From Macrostomum lignano (Eukaryota), in contig NIVC01001264.1 in assembly GCA_002269645.1 (NCBI GenBank), positions 124,001 to 188,000 of the forward strand: a stretch of 64,000 bases of DNA, read 5' to 3'. Of the stretch, positions 39,701 through 50,889 are shown piece after piece. The position numbers and the translations under genes are program-made. Numbering within the stretch: the stretch's first letter is position 1; every line of letters starts with the position of its first letter. The notes beneath the pieces were generated by a model. That model made no database searches, was not told the DNA's origin, and saw only the letters and a list, made by a program, of their open reading frames with translations.

Positions 39701-42700
39701 TCAATACTTTTCATAGTTGCTATCGCCGACCCGTTCGCCGCTGCTGCCGTAGCCAAACTTGGCCAAATCTCGTTCGATCTGTTCCGCCCGACTCTCGCCG
39801 TTAGTCTCGCCGACTGTCGAGCCGGAACTGTTTTTGAATCGTTCGTAGCTGGCGTAGAACGCATCGGACATTGCGGCCGGGCCGGTCATGCTGACTCCTC
39901 CGCCAGTCTGCTCAGCCGAGGTGCCCAGGCCGCCGCCGCCACTGCCCCCACTGCCGCCGCTATAAAACGAAGTTGACGAAGTAGATCCCGACGACAAACT
40001 TGGCTGACCACTAGGCGGGTGAGTTGGCGCAGGACTAGATGGGCTTGAATCCACAGACTTGTAGATTGCTAAAGCCTGTGATAAAAATTCAGTTATGAAA
40101 TTTTCTGTCAATACTCAAAAGAGTCAAAAAATGCTTTAATGGGTTAAAAGAATCTCAGGGGTTTGGGGGACCAGTCGTAAAACTTTCTTATCTGAAAGGG
40201 CCAGCTAATAAATCCAGCTCATGGCTGCGGGCCAGATGAGAGTGGAAAGGAGATGAAATGGAAAATGAGGGATGAAAGAAGAGAGGGGCGAGAGAGAAGA
40301 TTAGAGGAAAGATGGAAGAGGGGAGGGGAGGGGAGAGAAGGGGAAAAGAGAGATGGGAGAGGAGGGGAGAGAAGAGAAGAGAGAGAAGGGGAGAAGAGGA
40401 GAGAGGGGAGAAGAGGACAGAGGGGATAGAAGATGGGAGAGAAGAGGGGATAGGAGAGGAGAGGGGAGACGGGAGAGGGGAGAGGAGGGGAGAGAAGAGG
40501 AGAGAGGGAAGAGGAGGGGAGAGACGAAAAGAGAAGAGGAGAGAGGGGAGAAGAGGAGAGAGGGGAGAGAAGATAGGAGAGAAGAGGGGAGAGGAGAGGA
40601 GAGGGGAGACGGGAGAGGGGAGAGGAGGGGAGAGAAGAGGAGAGGAGAGAGGGGAGAGGAGGGGAGAAGAGTAGAGAGGGGAGACAAGATTGGAGAGAAG
40701 AGGGGAGAGGAGAGGAGAGAAGAGGAGAGATGGGAGAGGAAGGGAGAGAAGAGAGGGGAGAGAAGGGGAGAAGAGGAGAGAGGGGGAAGAGGAGAGAGGG
40801 GAGACAAGATTGGAGAGAAGAGGGGAGAAGAGAGGAGAGAAGAGGGGAGAGGAGAGGAGAGAAGAGGAGAGATGGGAGAGGAAGGGAGAGAAGAGAGGGG
40901 AGAGAAGGGGAGAAGAGGAGAGAGGGGGAAGAGGAGAGAGGGGAGACAAGATTGGAGAGAAGAGGGGAGAAGAGAGGAGAGAAGAGGGGAGAGGAGAGGA
41001 GAGAAGAGGAGAGATGGGAGAGGAAGGGAGAGAAGAGAGGGGAGAGAAGGGGAGAAGAGGAGAGAGGGGGAAGAGGAGAGAGGGGAGACAAGATTGGAGA
41101 AAAGAGGGGAGAGGAGAGGAGAGAAGAGGAGAGATGGGAGAGGAAGGGAGAGAAGAGAGGGGAGAGATGGGGAGAAGAGGAGAGAGGGGAGAAGAGGAGA
41201 GAGGGGAGACATGATTGGAGAGAAGAGGGGAGAGGAGATTAGAGAAGAGGAGAGAGGGGAGAAGAGGGGAGAAGAGGAGAGAGGGGGAAGAGGAGAGAGG
41301 GGAGACAAGATTGGAGAGAAGAGGGGAGAGGAGAGGAGAGAAGAGGAGAGATGGGAGAGGAAGGGAGAGAAGAGAGGGGAGAGAAGGGGAGAAGAGGAGA
41401 GAGGGGGAAGAGGAGAGAGGGGAGACAAGATTGGAGAGAAGAGGGGAGAAGAGAGGAGAGAAGAGGGGAGAGGAGAGGAGAGAAGAGGAGAGATGGGAGA
41501 GGAAGGGAGAGAAGAGAGGGGAGAGAAGGGGAGAAGAGGAGAGAGGGGGAAGAGGAGAGAGGGGAGACAAGATTGGAGAAAAGAGGGGAGAGGAGAGGAG
41601 AGAAGAGGAGAGATGGGAGAGGAAGGGAGAGAAGAGAGGGGAGAGATGGGGAGAAGAGGAGAGAGGGGAGAAGAGGAGAGAGGGGAGACATGATTGGAGA
41701 GAAGAGGGGAGAGGAGATTAGAGAAGAGGAGAGAGGGGAGAAGAGGGGAGAAGAGGAGAGAGGGGGAAGAGGAGAGAGGGGAGACAAGATTGGAGAGAAG
41801 AGGGGAGAGGAGAGGAGAGAAGAGGAGAGATGGGAGAGGAAGGGAGAGAAGAGGAGAGAGGGGAGAAGAGGAGAGACGCAAGGAGAGATCGCACGCAAGC
41901 TGGCGAGGAGAGATAGGCCGAGGCGGGCACAACGCACGGGGCTAAAAAGGCCCAACAGACACCCACCCCCGCCCCAGGGGCGGCGCACCCACCCCCGGAC
42001 CAAGCACCCCCAAACACGGGCGACGACAAGCCCCCCCCCGGCCCCGCTAACAGCGATTGGCCAGCCAATCTACACTAATAAACAATGAAAAGCCCACCTG
42101 AGCAACCATGCTTGCAATATCACCAGACTGGGCCGGCAATAGCACAGTATTAGTAGACTTGGCCAATTTGCTAAACGCTTCAATGTATTTCTCAGCGATG
42201 GTCATGGACACAACGCTGGATCCGTTGGCCTGATTGAGCGAGTCGGCTACTGACCGGATCGCTTGAGCCCGGGCCTCGGCTAAGCGAATGATAGCTTCGC
42301 TCTCGCCCAGCGCTTTGTTCAGCACCTCGCGTTGAAATGCTTCGGAAGCCAAGATCTGGGCCTGCTTCTTGCCTTCGGCTACGTTGATATCGGAATTGCG
42401 AATGCCCTCGGACTCGAGGATGGCCGCCCGCTTGCGCCTGTCCGCCTCCACCTGAGCGGGTGAGAGCACAGATTCAACTGCTCGCGTGTTGATGCTCGTC
42501 CATCGGATCTCATCTCATCTCATCTCACCCATAGTATCCTTTCCCTTCTATCATATCATCCATAGTATCGTATCTTATCTCACCCTTAGTTTCTTATTCT
42601 ATCTCATTCCTCGTATCTTATCGCATCTCACCCTTTATTATCGAAGCTAAACTCATCTCATCACTAGTATTTTATCTCATCTAATCCCTAGTATCTTATC

Positions 42701-45700
42701 TCATCCCTAGTATATTATCTCATCTCATCCCTAGTATCTTATCTCACCCTTAGTATCTTATCTCATCTCATCCCTAGTATCTTATCTCATCTTATCCCCA
42801 GTATCTTATCTTATCTCTAGCATCTTTTCTTATCCCATCGCTAGTATCCTATCTCATCTCATTCCTAGTATCTTATCTCATCTCATCTCACGCCTCGTAT
42901 CTTATCTTATCTTACGCCTCGTATCTTATTTCATCTCATCCCTCGAATTTTATAATCTCATTTCTAGTATCTTATCCCATCCCTTGTATCATATCTCATC
43001 CCTTGTATCTTATCTCATCTCATCGTACCCCTCATATCTATCTCATCTCATCGCTAGTATCCTATCTCATCTCATCGCTAGTATCCTATCTCATCTCATC
43101 GCTAGTATCCTATCTCATCTCACCATCTCATCTCATCTCAGCCGTTTTTGCTAAAATCGATCGCATATCTAGATAGATAGATAGATACCGACAGACCATA
43201 TATGGATATACATGTATATGCATGCATCCATATATATATGTATATGGATCTCATCTCACCCCTCGTATCTTATCTCGTCCCATCCCTAGAAGTGTAGAGT
43301 ATTATATCTCCCAGAAAAGTTATTTAAAATTGTTAACGTACTACTTAAATAGTAGTAATTTGAGGAGCATGTATAAGGATATGCGCTGAACCATACATAT
43401 ATTCGAATTAACCAATAGAAAGAGAGAAATCTCGAGCATGCTAATTTTAGAAATCACCCAATCACGTGCGACCAACAACTGTCAATTCAAACCCCACCTT
43501 CAAGTCATCATTTGGTTTGCACTCGGGTTGCACCCGGATGAACCAATCAAAGTCTACCAGCTACGGTAACCAATCATGCGCTTTTACAGTAGACTAGTTG
43601 CGCAACTTTCTACCCTGTCATGCTTGACAGCCACCGAATCGTGACCCTTTGACATTTGCGAAGACAGTGATGTACGACCTCGAGAGAGGTATGAACGCCT
43701 ATAAATACAAGTGGTCCGGAACGGACCCGGAGCCACAATTTCTCCGGAAGGAGAAGAGCTCCGAAGAGGAAGCCACTACAGGACTTCCTACAGAAGACTC
43801 GTCGAGTTCTTGCGGTAAGCCTTACTCATTTGCGCCTGTGTTTTGAGACGTCTCGTTGGAGTTTAGTTTGAGTCTGTTGAGACTCCTGAGTCTGTTTAGA
43901 CTCTACTGGTTGCAGTCTCCAGAAGGACTGCCCCTGATAGATCTTAGAAGACTATCAGTGGTTTCCGGAGCTATACCTAGAGTGCATAGAGGCACTGCTA
44001 GGAGTAGGCTTATGTTAAACGCGCAGGGTACCCGTTGTTAACTTGGAAGCTTCCGATTGGTCCGAACTACAGATAACCGGCCGGCAAGAAGTCAAGGAGA
44101 CAATTGCAAGAGCGGACCAGATCAACTGTTGACCGGCGCCCGGAATTCCTGAAGGACAGGAACGCTACTGATAGCGAGATCAACGAACAAGGAGTATTGA
44201 CGAGAGCTCTCAGTTAAGGACTCAAGGTAATTGAATACCTTCTGTTGACGTACTGGGTTGCCTAGCTACTGAGCTAGAAGTGAGTGTTCTTTGATTACCA
44301 AAAGTCGGGTAATAAGGAACACATCAGAAGCTTATCTCTAGTATCAATTATCTTATCTTGTCCCTGGTATCTTGTCTTAACTCATCCCTAGTATATTATC
44401 TCATCTCACCCCTCGTATCTTATATCATTTCATCTCTCAACCCATATTATTTTTATCTTATCGATATTAAATCACAATCCGAATACATCCTAGTATTATC
44501 TAGTCTCTCACACAGATCTGTTTAATATCTTCAAACAAAGGATGGCCTTTTCGCAAGCTTGACAACAACTTTTCAGTTTGAGAATAGAACAGCTCACCTG
44601 AGTCTGCATAGCATCTTTAATTTTCGGCGGCAATATAATGTCCCGAATCTCGTAGCGCAAACAATTAATACCCCAGGGCTCGCTGGCCTGGTTAATAGTC
44701 TCAACAATGGCCCGATTTAGGCTGTCCCGTTCGCGGAATACGCTGTCCAATGAGATTTTGCCCAACTCTGAGCGCATAGTGGTCTGAGCCAGTTGAGTCA
44801 TAGCAAACTCAGCGTCCTCAATGCCATAGGAAGCTTGATAAGGATCGAATACTTTGAGAAACAGTACGCCGTTGATCTGCAAAGTGACATTGTCCACCGT
44901 GATAGCCGGCTGGTCGGGAATGTTAATAGGAATCTCTTTCAGGCTCTGTATGTAAGCAATGCGGTCCACTACAGGCAAGCAGAAGTTCAGGCCGGGATTC
45001 AATATCCGGCTGAACTTGCCAAATCGTTCAATAATCCAGGCCTCCTGCTGCGGCACAAACATTATGCCCGTGTTGCGGGGCAACCGGCGACCCGTGGTGA
45101 ACTGGCGGCGCTGTTGGCGTTGCTATGGTAACGGAGAAAGAAATGATCGAATGCAAGTAATTAACAGCAAAATTAATGATAGATTTCTACTAGCCTAAGG
45201 ATTTTCTACCCTAAAATTGAATGGTTTGCTTTTCTAATTACTAAATTTCAAAAGATCATGCACCTTCTAATGACCTAATGACTGATTGAAGTCAAAGATC
45301 ATGCACTTTCTAATGACCTAATGACTGATTGAAGTCAAAGATCATGCACCTTCTAATGACCTAATGACTGATTGAAGTCAAAGATCAGCAATTTCTAATG
45401 ACCTAATGACTGATTGAAGTCAAAGATCATGCACTTTCTAATGACCTAATGACTGATTGAAGTCAAAGATCATGCACCTTCTAATGATCTAATGACTGTA
45501 GGAAGTCAAAGATCAGCAATTTCTAATGACCTAATGACTGATTGAAGTCAAAGATCATGCACTTTCTAATGACACCTAATGACTGTAGAAAGTCAAAGAT
45601 CATGCACTTTCTAATGACACCTAATGACTGTAGAAAGTCAAAGATCATGCACTTTCTAATGATCTAATGACTGATTGAAGTCAAAGATCATGCACTTTCT

Positions 45701-46455
45701 AATGACACCTAATGACTGTAGAAAGTCAAAGATCATGCACTTTCTAATGATCTAATGACTGATTGAAGTCAAAGATCATGCACTTTCTAATGACCTAATG
45801 ACTGATTGAAGTCAAAGATCATGCACTTTCTAATGACACCTAATGACTGTAGGAAGTCAAAGATTATGCACTTTCTAATGATCTAATGACTGATTGAAGT
45901 CAAAGATCATGCACTTTCTAATGACCTAATGACTGATTGAAGTCAAAGATCATGCACTTTCTAATGACACCTAATGACTGATTGAAGTCAAAGATCATGC
46001 ACTTTCTAATGACACCTAATGACTGTAGGAAGTCAAAGATTATGCACCTTCTAATGACCTAATGACTGTAGGAAGTCAAAGATCATGCACTTTCTAATGA
46101 CACCTAATGACTGTAGGAAGTCAAAGATTATGCACTTTCTAATGACACCTAATGACTGATTGAAGTCAAAGATCATGCACTTTCTAATGACACCTAATGA
46201 CTGTAGGAAGTCAAAGATCAGCAATTTTCAATAACCTAATAACAAATGAGCAATATTTTACAACAAAAAGCTCAATGCTACAAGATACAACACAATGAGA
46301 GAACTCACTCCAAGGTGAAAGCCATTCAGTGCCACAATGTGATAGGTAGCGGCAGTTGCTAGGCAGTCAGAGGGCACGGGCAAGCGCCGGGAATGAGCAG
46401 GCATCAAACGAGCCATACTCAAGCCAATTCGACATGCAGTCAGAGAGCTGCTCAT
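39701..46455 (-). CDS. STOML2: Stomatin-like protein 2 (mitochondrial SPFH protein), 466 aa; exons 46455-46309, 45122-44598, 42451-42098, 40075-39701
   Basis: FVPQQEAWIIERFGKF, AITVDNVTLQINGVL, QLAQTTMRSELGK, WGINCLRYEIRDI, QVEADRRKRAAILESEG, AEKYIEAFSKLAK, SMVAQ|ALAIY. The Arg/Ser/Leu-rich first exon resembles a mitochondrial presequence (that exon is less certain). Total 1401 nt. Confidence 0.93.
40275..41875. repeat. Nearly pure polypurine (GA-rich) tract with long internal duplications
   Basis: The + strand is almost all G/A over about 1.6 kb; markers GACAAGATTG and GACATGATTG recur. Confidence 0.95.
42510..43288. repeat. Degenerate (ATCTC)n / CTAGTATCT repeat, resuming at 44331-44460
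   Basis: The same repeat flanks the LTR insertion on both sides. Confidence 0.85.
43293..44326 (+). mobile_element. Solo LTR (1034 bp) in STOML2 intron 2
   Basis: GAAG|TG...CA|GAAG: TG/CA termini and a 4-bp TSD (43289-43292, 44327-44330). Non-repetitive sequence interrupting a simple-repeat array, with no gag/pol. Confidence 0.85.
43410..43707 (+). promoter_or_regulatory. U3-like promoter of the solo LTR: several CCAAT boxes and a TATA box
   Basis: CCAATCA near 43457, 43543 and 43570; TATAAATA at 43700-43707. Confidence 0.65.
45255..46225. repeat. 43-45-bp minisatellite (CTAATGACTGATTGAAGTCAAAGATCATGCACTTTCTAATGAC)
   Basis: Period 43, with +2 variants. Confidence 0.95.
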
Positions 46456-46734
46456 ATCGTCCTTTGTTGTTATAAAATCCAAAATATTTTTAGGATAAAT
46501 AAGGTGGTTTACAGACTAGTTGTAAATGCAGATGCTGAAATGATTGTTTTAACTTTTGCACTTCGAAACTAAGTTTTAAGCCAGGCGAAGTGACTAGGAA
46601 AGACTTCGAAACGATGTGAAGTTTCAAAGGTGTAAAGCTTCGAATTTATGAGGATTCGAACTTATGAAGATTTAATCTTGTGAAGATTCGAGCTTGTAAA
46701 ATTTAGAGCTTGTGAAGCTTCGGGCTTGTGAAGA

Positions 46735-47740
46735 TTCGAGATTGTGTGAAGTTTCGAGCTGTTGAAGATTCGAGATTGTGTGAAGTTTCAAGCTGTTGAA
46801 GATTCGAGATTGTGTGAAGTTTCAAGCTGTTGAAGATTCGAGATTGTGTGAAGTTTCAAGCTGTTGAAGATTCGAGATTGTGTGAAGTTTCGAGCTTGTG
46901 AAGATTCGAGATTGTGTGAAGTTTCAAGCTGTTGAAGATTCGAGATTGTGTGAAGTTTCGAGCTTGTGAAGATTCGAGATTGTGTGAAGTTTCAAGCTGT
47001 TGAAGATTCGAGATTGTGTGAAGTTTCGAGCTTGTGAAGATTCGAGATTGTGTGAAGTTTCAAGCTGTTGAAGATTCGAGATTGTGTGAAGTTTCGAGCT
47101 TGTGAAAAGTCGAGATTGTGTGAAGTTTTGAGCTTTTGAAGATTCGAGATTGTGTGAAGTTTCGAGCTTTTGAAGATTCGAGATTGTGTGAAGTTTCGGG
47201 CTTGTGAAGATTCGAGATTGTGTGAAGTTTCGAGCTTGTGAAGATTCGAGATTGTGTGAAGTTTCGAGCTTGTGAAGATTCGAGATTGTGTGAAGTTTCA
47301 AGCTGTTGAAGATTCGAGATTGTGTGAAGTTTCGAGCTTGTGAAGATTCGAGATTGTGTGAAGTTTCAAGCTGTTGAAGATTCGAGATTGTGTGAAGTTT
47401 CGAGCTTGTGAAGATTCGAGATTGTGTGAAGTTTCAAGCTGTTGAAGATTCGAGATTGTGTGAAGTTTCGAGCTTGTGAAGATTCGAGATTGTGTGAAGT
47501 TTCAAGCTGTTGAAGATTCAAGATTGTGTGAAGTTTCAAGCTGTTGAAGATTCGAGATTGTGTGAAGTTTCGAGCTTGTGAAGATTCGAGATTGTGTGAA
47601 GTTTCAAGCTGTTGAAGATTCAAGATTGTGTGAAGTTTCGAGCTTGTGAAGATTCGAGATTGCGTGAAATTTCGAGCTTGTGAAAAGTCGAGATTGTGTG
47701 AAGCTTCGAGCTTTTGAAGATTCGAGATTGTGAATTTTCG
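46735..47740. repeat. 34-35-bp minisatellite (GAAGATTCGAGATTGTGTGAAGTTTCGAGCTTGT)
   Basis: Period 34. Confidence 0.95.
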
Positions 47741-48387
47741 ATTTTTCAAAGCTTAGCGTTTTAAGTATTTTAAGGGTCGTCTAACTTAAAAAAGTAATAT
47801 CTTAAGTCTTTGTTTAGCACTCTGGCTAAATAGTTTAAGTGACACAAGTACAGCTTAATCTTACTTGTCTTCTATAATATCCTATCGCTGTGAAACTATA
47901 AGTAAAATATTAAAATTAGTAAACTAGACTAGACAATGTTATAAACAAGAAACTGCATATATAACAAATTTATTTATTTCTGTCACCAGGCATACTTGAG
48001 GGGGCATGCACAGATTTTCATGTTTGACAAACAAATTTTGGCAAAAGAAATTAATCAATAAAGAAACAAAGCAAAAATAATAATATAGTAAAAAATTAAA
48101 ACACAAGAAAGAACTGGAAACTGAATGTAGAAATTCACTAGTTAGCAACATATTTTATATATAATATTGACCCTAAATATACCACATTTAAGTGCGCACG
48201 GTTTCCTATAAATGCAAACTTATAAACATACGACTTTAAAACGACGAGATGTTTGTGATGAGCGCATCACAATTCACGTGATGCACTCGTGACTCGACAG
48301 TCGCCTCTCTGCCGTTTGAGTCGTTTTAAAAGTCACTAGAGTCGAGTCGCTAGAGTCACTAGTGAGTTGTTTGCTATACCAGTTGTT

Positions 48388-49110
48388 GACTGACTGAGCT
48401 GATTGAGCATCTGACTGAGCTGATTGAGCATCTGACTGAGTTGATTGAGCATCTGACTGAGCTGATTGACCATCTGACTGAGCTGATTGAGCATCTGACT
48501 GAGCTGATTGAGCATCTGACTGAGCTGATTGAGCATCTGACTGAGTTGATTGAGCATCTGACTGAGCTGATTGAGCATCTGACTGAGCTTATTGAGCATC
48601 TGACTGAGCTGATTGAGCATCTGACTGAGTTGATTGAGCATCTGACTGAGCTGATTGAGCATCTGACTGAGTTGATTGACCATCTGACTGAGCTGATTAA
48701 GCATCTGACTGAATTGATTAAGCATCTGACTGAATTGATTGAGCATCTGACTGAGCTGATTGAGCATCTGACTGAGCTGATTGAGCATCTGACTGAGCTG
48801 ATTGAGCATCTGACTGAGCTGATTGAGCATCTGACTGAGTTGATTGAGCATCTGACTGAGCTGATTGAGCATCTGACTGAGCTGATTGAGCATCTGACTG
48901 AGTTGATTGAGCATCTGACTGAGCTGATTGAGCATCTGACTGAGTTGATTGAGCATCTGACTGAGCTGATTGAGCATCTGACTGAGTTGATTGAGCATCT
49001 GACTGAGTTGATTGAGCATCTGACTGAGTTGATTGAGCATCTGACCGAGTTGATTGAGCATCTGACTGAGTTGATTGAGCATCTGACTGAGCTGATTGAG
49101 CATCTGACTG
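48388..49110. repeat. 21-bp minisatellite (CTGACTGAGCTGATTGAGCAT)
   Basis: Period 21; begins about 85 nt after the SMARCAL1 stop. Confidence 0.95.
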
Positions 49111-49194
49111 ACCTGAGTATGGCTCGTATGAGTCTTTATAGCGATTCTTGTCACGTTAAAGCTTTTCATAAGGGGTGACAGTTTCATCAATCGA

Positions 49195-50738
49195 TTAAGC
49201 CTTCCAATCGAAATCCCATTCTTCATCTGGTATGCCAGCTAGTAGGGCTTCAACATCCACTTCATCATCATTCTGCGTCCGTTGCTGAGCCTTAGCTGAA
49301 TTGCTGGCTACATTCAGTCTACTAGAAGAAGAACCAGCAGCAGCAGAAGCGGAAGCAGCTGGCGACGCGACGCTAGCAGCGGATGGGCCAAAAAAATGAG
49401 CCAATTGCAGTTGCTCCTTTCGCTTCTTGATTTCTGTTCGCTTGTATCTGAAAATTATGCACAAACTCTGCATTGATTTGAGCAGCTTTCGGCCTGACTT
49501 TGAGTAATCTTTTGCGTCCTACCTCTTGGCCAGAGGCTCCTGCTGCTCACTATGATCGCCCTCGGTCTCAGCATCCGCAGCTGCCTGATGAGGAACTCCA
49601 TTCTCCGACTCAAACAGAGCCTTGTTAGTCTCATCTTCGTCAACCATAGCCTGATAGAAATCCGTAATGCAGGCCTGCTTATCGGCGCTCAGGTGCAAAT
49701 AGGCCGTCTCCGCGTCGCGAAATGTCTCGCGATTGAGGCCGGCCGAGCCCAGCACTGCCAGCTTGCGCTGCACCAGCGGCCACAGGTGATCGTCAGCTGT
49801 GCCCTGGTGAGCGGGGGTGAGGGCTGACTGACTGACTGACTGACTGACTGACTGACTGACTGACTGACTGACTGACTGACTGGCTGACTGACTGACTGAC
49901 TGACTGACTGACTGACTGACTGACTGACTGACTGACTGACTGACTGACTGACTGACTGACTGACTGACTGACTGACTGACTGACTGACTGACTGACTGAC
50001 TGACTGACTGACTGACTGACTGACTGACTGACTGACTGACTGACTGACTGACTGACTGACTGACTGACTGACTGATTGACTGATTGACTGACTGACTGAC
50101 TGACTGAGTTGATTGAGCATCTACTGAGTTGACTGAGAATGATCTGAGTATGGCTGATTGGTGAGTGAGAATAAGCAGGTATAACGCTCACCTGCGCCAC
50201 TAGGTAGTGCACACAGACGGAGTTCTGCTGCCCAATGCGGTAGGCCCGATCCTCGGCCTGCAGCAGGATGCCGGGATTCCAGAATAGCTCGCCGAACACC
50301 ACAAGAGAGGCGGCCGTCAGATTGACTCCAGTGCCAGCCGCCGTGATGCTTAGCAAAGCCACTCGAACGTTGGCCCGAGTCTGGAAAGCTTCGGCGAATG
50401 CGTGCCGCGCCTCCGGCTGGGTGCGACCGTCGATTCGAATTCTATCGACGCTTTTGTCGGCGAGCATTGAGTCCAGCTCGTCTAGGAATTCGGAGTGGTG
50501 CGCGAATACGAGAAATTTGCGGGTCTCTGACGCTTCGAGTAGGTCGAGGATGTACTGCTTCACGGCGGACACCTGCGGGGCCGACGCGGTGCACAAGGGG
50601 CATGGGATGAATAATAGTTCGTTTGTATAGATGAAAAGATCTCACTGTTGGTGCATTAGATTCCATGTATTGATAATTGTCTTTTAGGTGTATTTTGTAT
50701 TTTATGTCTGTCTGTCTGTCTGCGTGTCTGTCTATCTA

Positions 50739-50797
<59 letters not shown>

Positions 50798-50844
50798 TAG
50801 TGTCTGTCTGTCTGTCTGTCTGTCTTAGTGTCTGTCTGCCTTAG

Positions 50845-50889
<45 letters not shown>

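Noticed and set aside
41878-42050. GC-rich unique sequence between the purine tract and the STOML2 donor
   Set aside because: No motif or ORF support; looks like low-quality consensus next to a hard-to-sequence tract.
37097-42088. Very long ORFs (up to 586 aa) on both strands
   Set aside because: Translations of stop-free G/A-rich tandem repeats; open in many frames and largely inside introns or spacers.
48336-49226. Heptad-repeat coiled-coil-like ORFs (MLNQLSQ)n and (ELIEHLT)n
   Set aside because: Product of a 21-bp minisatellite that is open on both strands and derived from (CTGA)n; no unique coding context.
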